NCBI GenBank assembly: GCA_050013715.1
Contig: JBEKES010000015.1
Span: 1-18,843, forward strand
Length of the DNA: 18,843 nucleotides
Origin: Candidatus Micrarchaeaceae archaeon
GTDB taxonomy: Archaea > Micrarchaeota > Micrarchaeia > Micrarchaeales > Micrarchaeaceae
Reading direction: 5' to 3'
A program made the translations under genes and the position numbers. The notes beneath the pieces are model-generated. The model searched no databases and was not told the DNA's origin. It saw only the letters and a list, made by a program, of their open reading frames with translations. Within the stretch, counting starts at the first letter, position 1, and every line of letters starts with the position of its first letter. Shown here piece by piece: positions 15,625 through 18,843 of the stretch.

Positions 15625-18600
15625 TTATTTTTTATATTTAAGTAGTTCCTTCTCCTCTTCCTTTTCCATTTCCTTCATTCTTCTGTTGATTACGAGTATT
15701 ATTGCAACTATTATAAAAATCAGAAGTGCCAATGAGACCAATACATAATATATCGAATAATTCTGTCCTTTGGTGACTTGTATTATTGATGTTGTTACTG
15801 TTGTTGCAGTTGTTTGAACTGTAGTTATTGTAGTTGTTGTGGATCTTGTGGATGTATTTTGCAGCTGATATTCCGTAATTGCAATTATTGGATCTGCAGA
15901 GGTAATGAATGATATCGAACAGTTATTTTTATTTATATCAAAAGTATTAAAGGGTAGCCAAGAACTGTTCTGCAGTGTAAACATCCTAATGCTAGACGCA
16001 TTTGTGCTACACAAATAATAAAATTTCACCGAGACGTTTGTTATTGACGTTGCATTTGAACTGATATTCAGTATCGCAATTCTATCGTAAAATGAGGGCA
16101 ATGACGGAGTGTTTGTTGCATTTTTAATAATTATTTTGTTTTTGTAGATATTTGGAATGCCTATTGATAAATTGGTTGTTGAATTTACAGTTGCATTTGC
16201 AGTTATGTTAAGCGTTGTGTAAATATTGAGAAGAACTGTCTGCTCAATTGGCAGATATGAGATATTAAGGAGTTCTATATAGTAGTTTGGACTTAATTGA
16301 ACAGGTTGATTCAATTGAAGGGTCAATGATTTTGTATAGTTTACAGTTATGCCAGTGCTTGTAGGAGTTACAAAATTATCTACAATATTAAATGTAACAT
16401 TGTTTACAGTTACATTGAATGAATTAAGCGCGGCAATATTAGATATTGCATAACCATCATATGTTTGATTAATTACGGGTTTTGAGGAGCCTCCGCCACC
16501 TCCTCCTCCGCCACCGCCTGTGCTTCCGCCTCCGCCACCTCCTCCTCCACCTCCTCCGCCAACTGTTGTTGTGGTCGAGGTGCTTATCGATGTAGTAGTG
16601 GTAACTACGTCTATGATAGAGTTTACAGAATTGGCAGTTAAAGAATAGAAATCAGTTACCATCACATTTGCATAGTAATTACCTAAAGTAAGCGGCAAGA
16701 AATTGAATGTGTTTTGTGCATATGAATTTGAAGAATATAGTCCGTTAAAAGCAATTCCAAGAGTATTGAAAACTTGCCAATTATAAGTATAAGGACTTGT
16801 GCCTCCAGTTACTGTAGCAGTAAGTGTTTGTGCATTACCAAAAATTATTGTATTTGATAATGGGCTGATACTTACATTTAAAGGCGGATAAACAAGTATT
16901 GTATTCTGTGCAGATATGTTGAATGGTGTTGTTGTTCCAGCATCTGTAGCATTTACAGTATAAGATTGGGTTCCAGCTTGTAATAGAATGTAAGTCAGTA
17001 AAGCATCCCCACCAGGTGAGGAAATGCTGTTAGAATCTAATAAAGAACCTCTATATTCAACGCTATTGCTTCCTCCGCCTATGCAATAAATAATAGTACT
17101 GGATGCTGCACAGCTACTTAAAGATGTATCAAATGGTAGTGTGTTTGCTTGAAGCCATTGGGAAACTCCATTACCTCCAGATAGGATTTCAGTAACTTCA
17201 CTAATAGGTTCACCTCCGCTAGGTTGGCAATATATATAAATACTCAACGCATTGCAGCTTTCGTTGTAAAGTCCTCCTATATTAATAGGATATGAGTTTG
17301 TAGATTGCCATGCACCTATGTCGCCGCCATTTGAGGGTACTTGAGCGTAATTTACAGCAGCTGTTGGATTATTCGTGCAACCATGAAATCCACAAACTTT
17401 TGCAAGTCCTCCTATGCAGTATATGTAACCATTCGATGCAACGCAACTTTCAAGGTCTATGGGTCCTGGATAGCTATTATCAGGTGAGATTGTCCACGCA
17501 CCAGTATTCCCATCCGACAGCACTTGAGCATATTCGACATTTGCAGTTTGAGAGGCTGCAACATCGTCCCAGCCACCTATGCAGTAGATGTAGCTATTTG
17601 ATGGAACGCAGCTTTCGTTGGCGATCCTTGTAGGATATTGATTGGATGTCTGTGTCCATGAACCTAGAGCACCATTGGAAAATATTTTGGCGGAGTATAT
17701 TAGAGATGATGCTGCAGGAGCCATTCCACTTGCTAAACTGACATTATTGTAGTCATTGCCACCTATACAGTAGATATAGCCATTGGACGGTACGCAGCTT
17801 TCATTGATTATATTTGTAGAATATGAGTTTGTTGGGGACCATGTGCCTAAAATGCCATTGGAAAGAATAGGTGCGTAATATACTGCATTTGTTGCAGTTC
17901 CTGATATGCCATTCCAGCCACCTATGCAGTAGACATACTCGTCCTTTGAAGATGTGCAGCTCTGATTTGATATAATAGTAGGGTACGTATTTGTAGGTGT
18001 CCAACTTGTTGGATATCGACTCAGGTTAAGATTGAATGGCCCTGTTCCGCCATTGATAGTTATAGTGAATTCCTCAGGCATGCCTTGCTGTAAAAGTGTA
18101 TTTGAAGGGGTGATTGTTAGAATGGGTGCCGAATTGTAGCCTATAGGAGTATAGATTGAGTTTGCCGCATGTAGATTCACGTCTGTCACTATCACATTCG
18201 CTTTTATTGTATTGGCATATAGGTTTGTGATTGGCGTCCAAAACCATGAATTTGAAGTATAAGTATTACCAGTAAACAGCATATTTGCAACTGTTGCACC
18301 AGTTATTGTATTTACTATCATGTAGTTATAGGTGTATGGAGGTGTTCCTCCTTCAAGAAAGGACGCTGTAAATAATATTGATTGGCCTTGGTCTATACTA
18401 GTATTTATTAATTCTAGTGTTGGGGTTGCAGGAACAGTTTGTATTGTTCCGTATGTTGTTGCTGGAAGCACCCCATCCACTGCAGGTATATTTCTTGCCC
18501 GTATCCATATAGTATTGAAAGTTGAAGCAAAAGAACCACCATTTCCTGCACATTGGTAAATGCCTAAGCACATATATTGCTGCGAATTAAAGGTTCCAAC

Positions 18601-18843
18601 AAATGAATATGTAGTTGAATAATTCATTTGGATATATCCATCAACATTTCCAAAATAATCTCCAAAAACATAATAATATGATGGTTCTATTGTGCCACCT
18701 AATGCTACCTCATTAATAAAATTATAGTTAGATGTTCCTGCCCATGCTACCGGATGTGAATTTCCTGGTGCAGTATACCAAGCGTATAGAACTACGTTTG
18801 CCTCTGAAGAAGCAGGAAGATTCTGATTTGCAGATTGGATAAT
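15625..18843 (-). CDS. large multidomain cell-surface protein (Ig/PKD-like repeats, 6 Kelch-like repeats, Thr/Gly linker, C-terminal TM); 5' end outside window
   Basis: Frame is stop-free from 18627 to the window end, so the track ATG is internal. Six W..(T)..YP....SC.....YIYC.GG repeats, three GGT.P(Y/F) repeats, and a C-terminal TM with charged tail. Confidence 0.88.
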   Translation of the reverse strand: MIQSANQNLPASSEANVVLYAWYTAPGNSHPVAWAGTSNYNFINEVALGGTIEPSYYYVFGDYFGNVDGYIQMNYSTTYSFVGTFNSQQYMCLGIYQCAGNGGSFASTFNTIWIRARNIPAVDGVLPATTYGTIQTVPATPTLELINTSIDQGQSILFTASFLEGGTPPYTYNYMIVNTITGATVANMLFTGNTYTSNSWFWTPITNLYANTIKANVIVTDVNLHAANSIYTPIGYNSAPILTITPSNTLLQQGMPEEFTITINGGTGPFNLNLSRYPTSWTPTNTYPTIISNQSCTSSKDEYVYCIGGWNGISGTATNAVYYAPILSNGILGTWSPTNSYSTNIINESCVPSNGYIYCIGGNDYNNVSLASGMAPAASSLIYSAKIFSNGALGSWTQTSNQYPTRIANESCVPSNSYIYCIGGWDDVAASQTANVEYAQVLSDGNTGAWTISPDNSYPGPIDLESCVASNGYIYCIGGLAKVCGFHGCTNNPTAAVNYAQVPSNGGDIGAWQSTNSYPINIGGLYNESCNALSIYIYCQPSGGEPISEVTEILSGGNGVSQWLQANTLPFDTSLSSCAASSTIIYCIGGGSNSVEYRGSLLDSNSISSPGGDALLTYILLQAGTQSYTVNATDAGTTTPFNISAQNTILVYPPLNVSISPLSNTIIFGNAQTLTATVTGGTSPYTYNWQVFNTLGIAFNGLYSSNSYAQNTFNFLPLTLGNYYANVMVTDFYSLTANSVNSIIDVVTTTTSISTSTTTTVGGGGGGGGGGGGSTGGGGGGGGGGSSKPVINQTYDGYAISNIAALNSFNVTVNNVTFNIVDNFVTPTSTGITVNYTKSLTLQLNQPVQLSPNYYIELLNISYLPIEQTVLLNIYTTLNITANATVNSTTNLSIGIPNIYKNKIIIKNATNTPSLPSFYDRIAILNISSNATSITNVSVKFYYLCSTNASSIRMFTLQNSSWLPFNTFDINKNNCSISFITSADPIIAITEYQLQNTSTRSTTTTITTVQTTATTVTTSIIQVTKGQNYSIYYVLVSLALLIFIIVAIILVINRRMKEMEKEEEKELLKYKK
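16489..16560 (-). repeat. poly-Gly codon low-complexity tract (G12-ST-G10)
   Basis: Mixed GGA/GGC/GGT codons encoding a flexible linker. Confidence 0.85.

Noticed and set aside
16489..16560. G-rich tract as a G-quadruplex or contingency locus
   Set aside because: Explained by a poly-Gly linker with mixed codons; runs are only GG.
17070..17940. Recurring CCTATGCAGTA / ACGCAGCTTTC motifs as a possible CRISPR array or DGR repeat pair
   Set aside because: They are in-frame codons of Kelch repeats with 150-190 nt spacing. There are no cas or reverse transcriptase genes, and no adenine-specific mismatch pattern was evident.
688..18559. Numerous short overlapping ORFs (e.g. 688-981, 2468-2815, 4754-5065, 9156-9557, 13878-14150, 17310-17633)
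   Set aside because: They are antisense or off-frame shadows of well-supported genes, with no motifs.

Overview
Gene-dense archaeal chromosomal segment. Gene content and style (compact genes, GGTG/GTGA ribosome-binding sites, TATA promoters, N-x-S/T-rich surface proteins) suggest a DPANN archaeon, most likely Micrarchaeota; this is inference, not a database result. Housekeeping genes: argS, ychF, thiI, secE, an NFACT-R/RqcH-like gene, an APC permease, an ABC exporter pair, a DUF460 gene and a Sec61beta gene (8083-8238) missed by the ORF track. There are two tRNA genes: tRNA-Arg(CCT), interrupted in the T-loop (59/60) by a 32-nt intron with a perfect bulge-helix-bulge, and tRNA-Leu(CAG). The most unusual structure follows tRNA-Leu: intact tRNA, vapBC, a degenerate copy of the tRNA 3' end, an orphan ORF, then a degenerate copy of the tRNA upstream region plus 5' portion. 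Each accessory module ends at a tRNA-derived fragment, and no integrase is present. Other notable items: a DsbA-like protein with CxxC replaced by AxxA, a ThiI lacking both rhodanese and CxxC, a probable CTG start codon, and a large surface protein (5'-truncated by the window edge) with a Cys-paired six-blade Kelch propeller inserted inside an Ig-like repeat.
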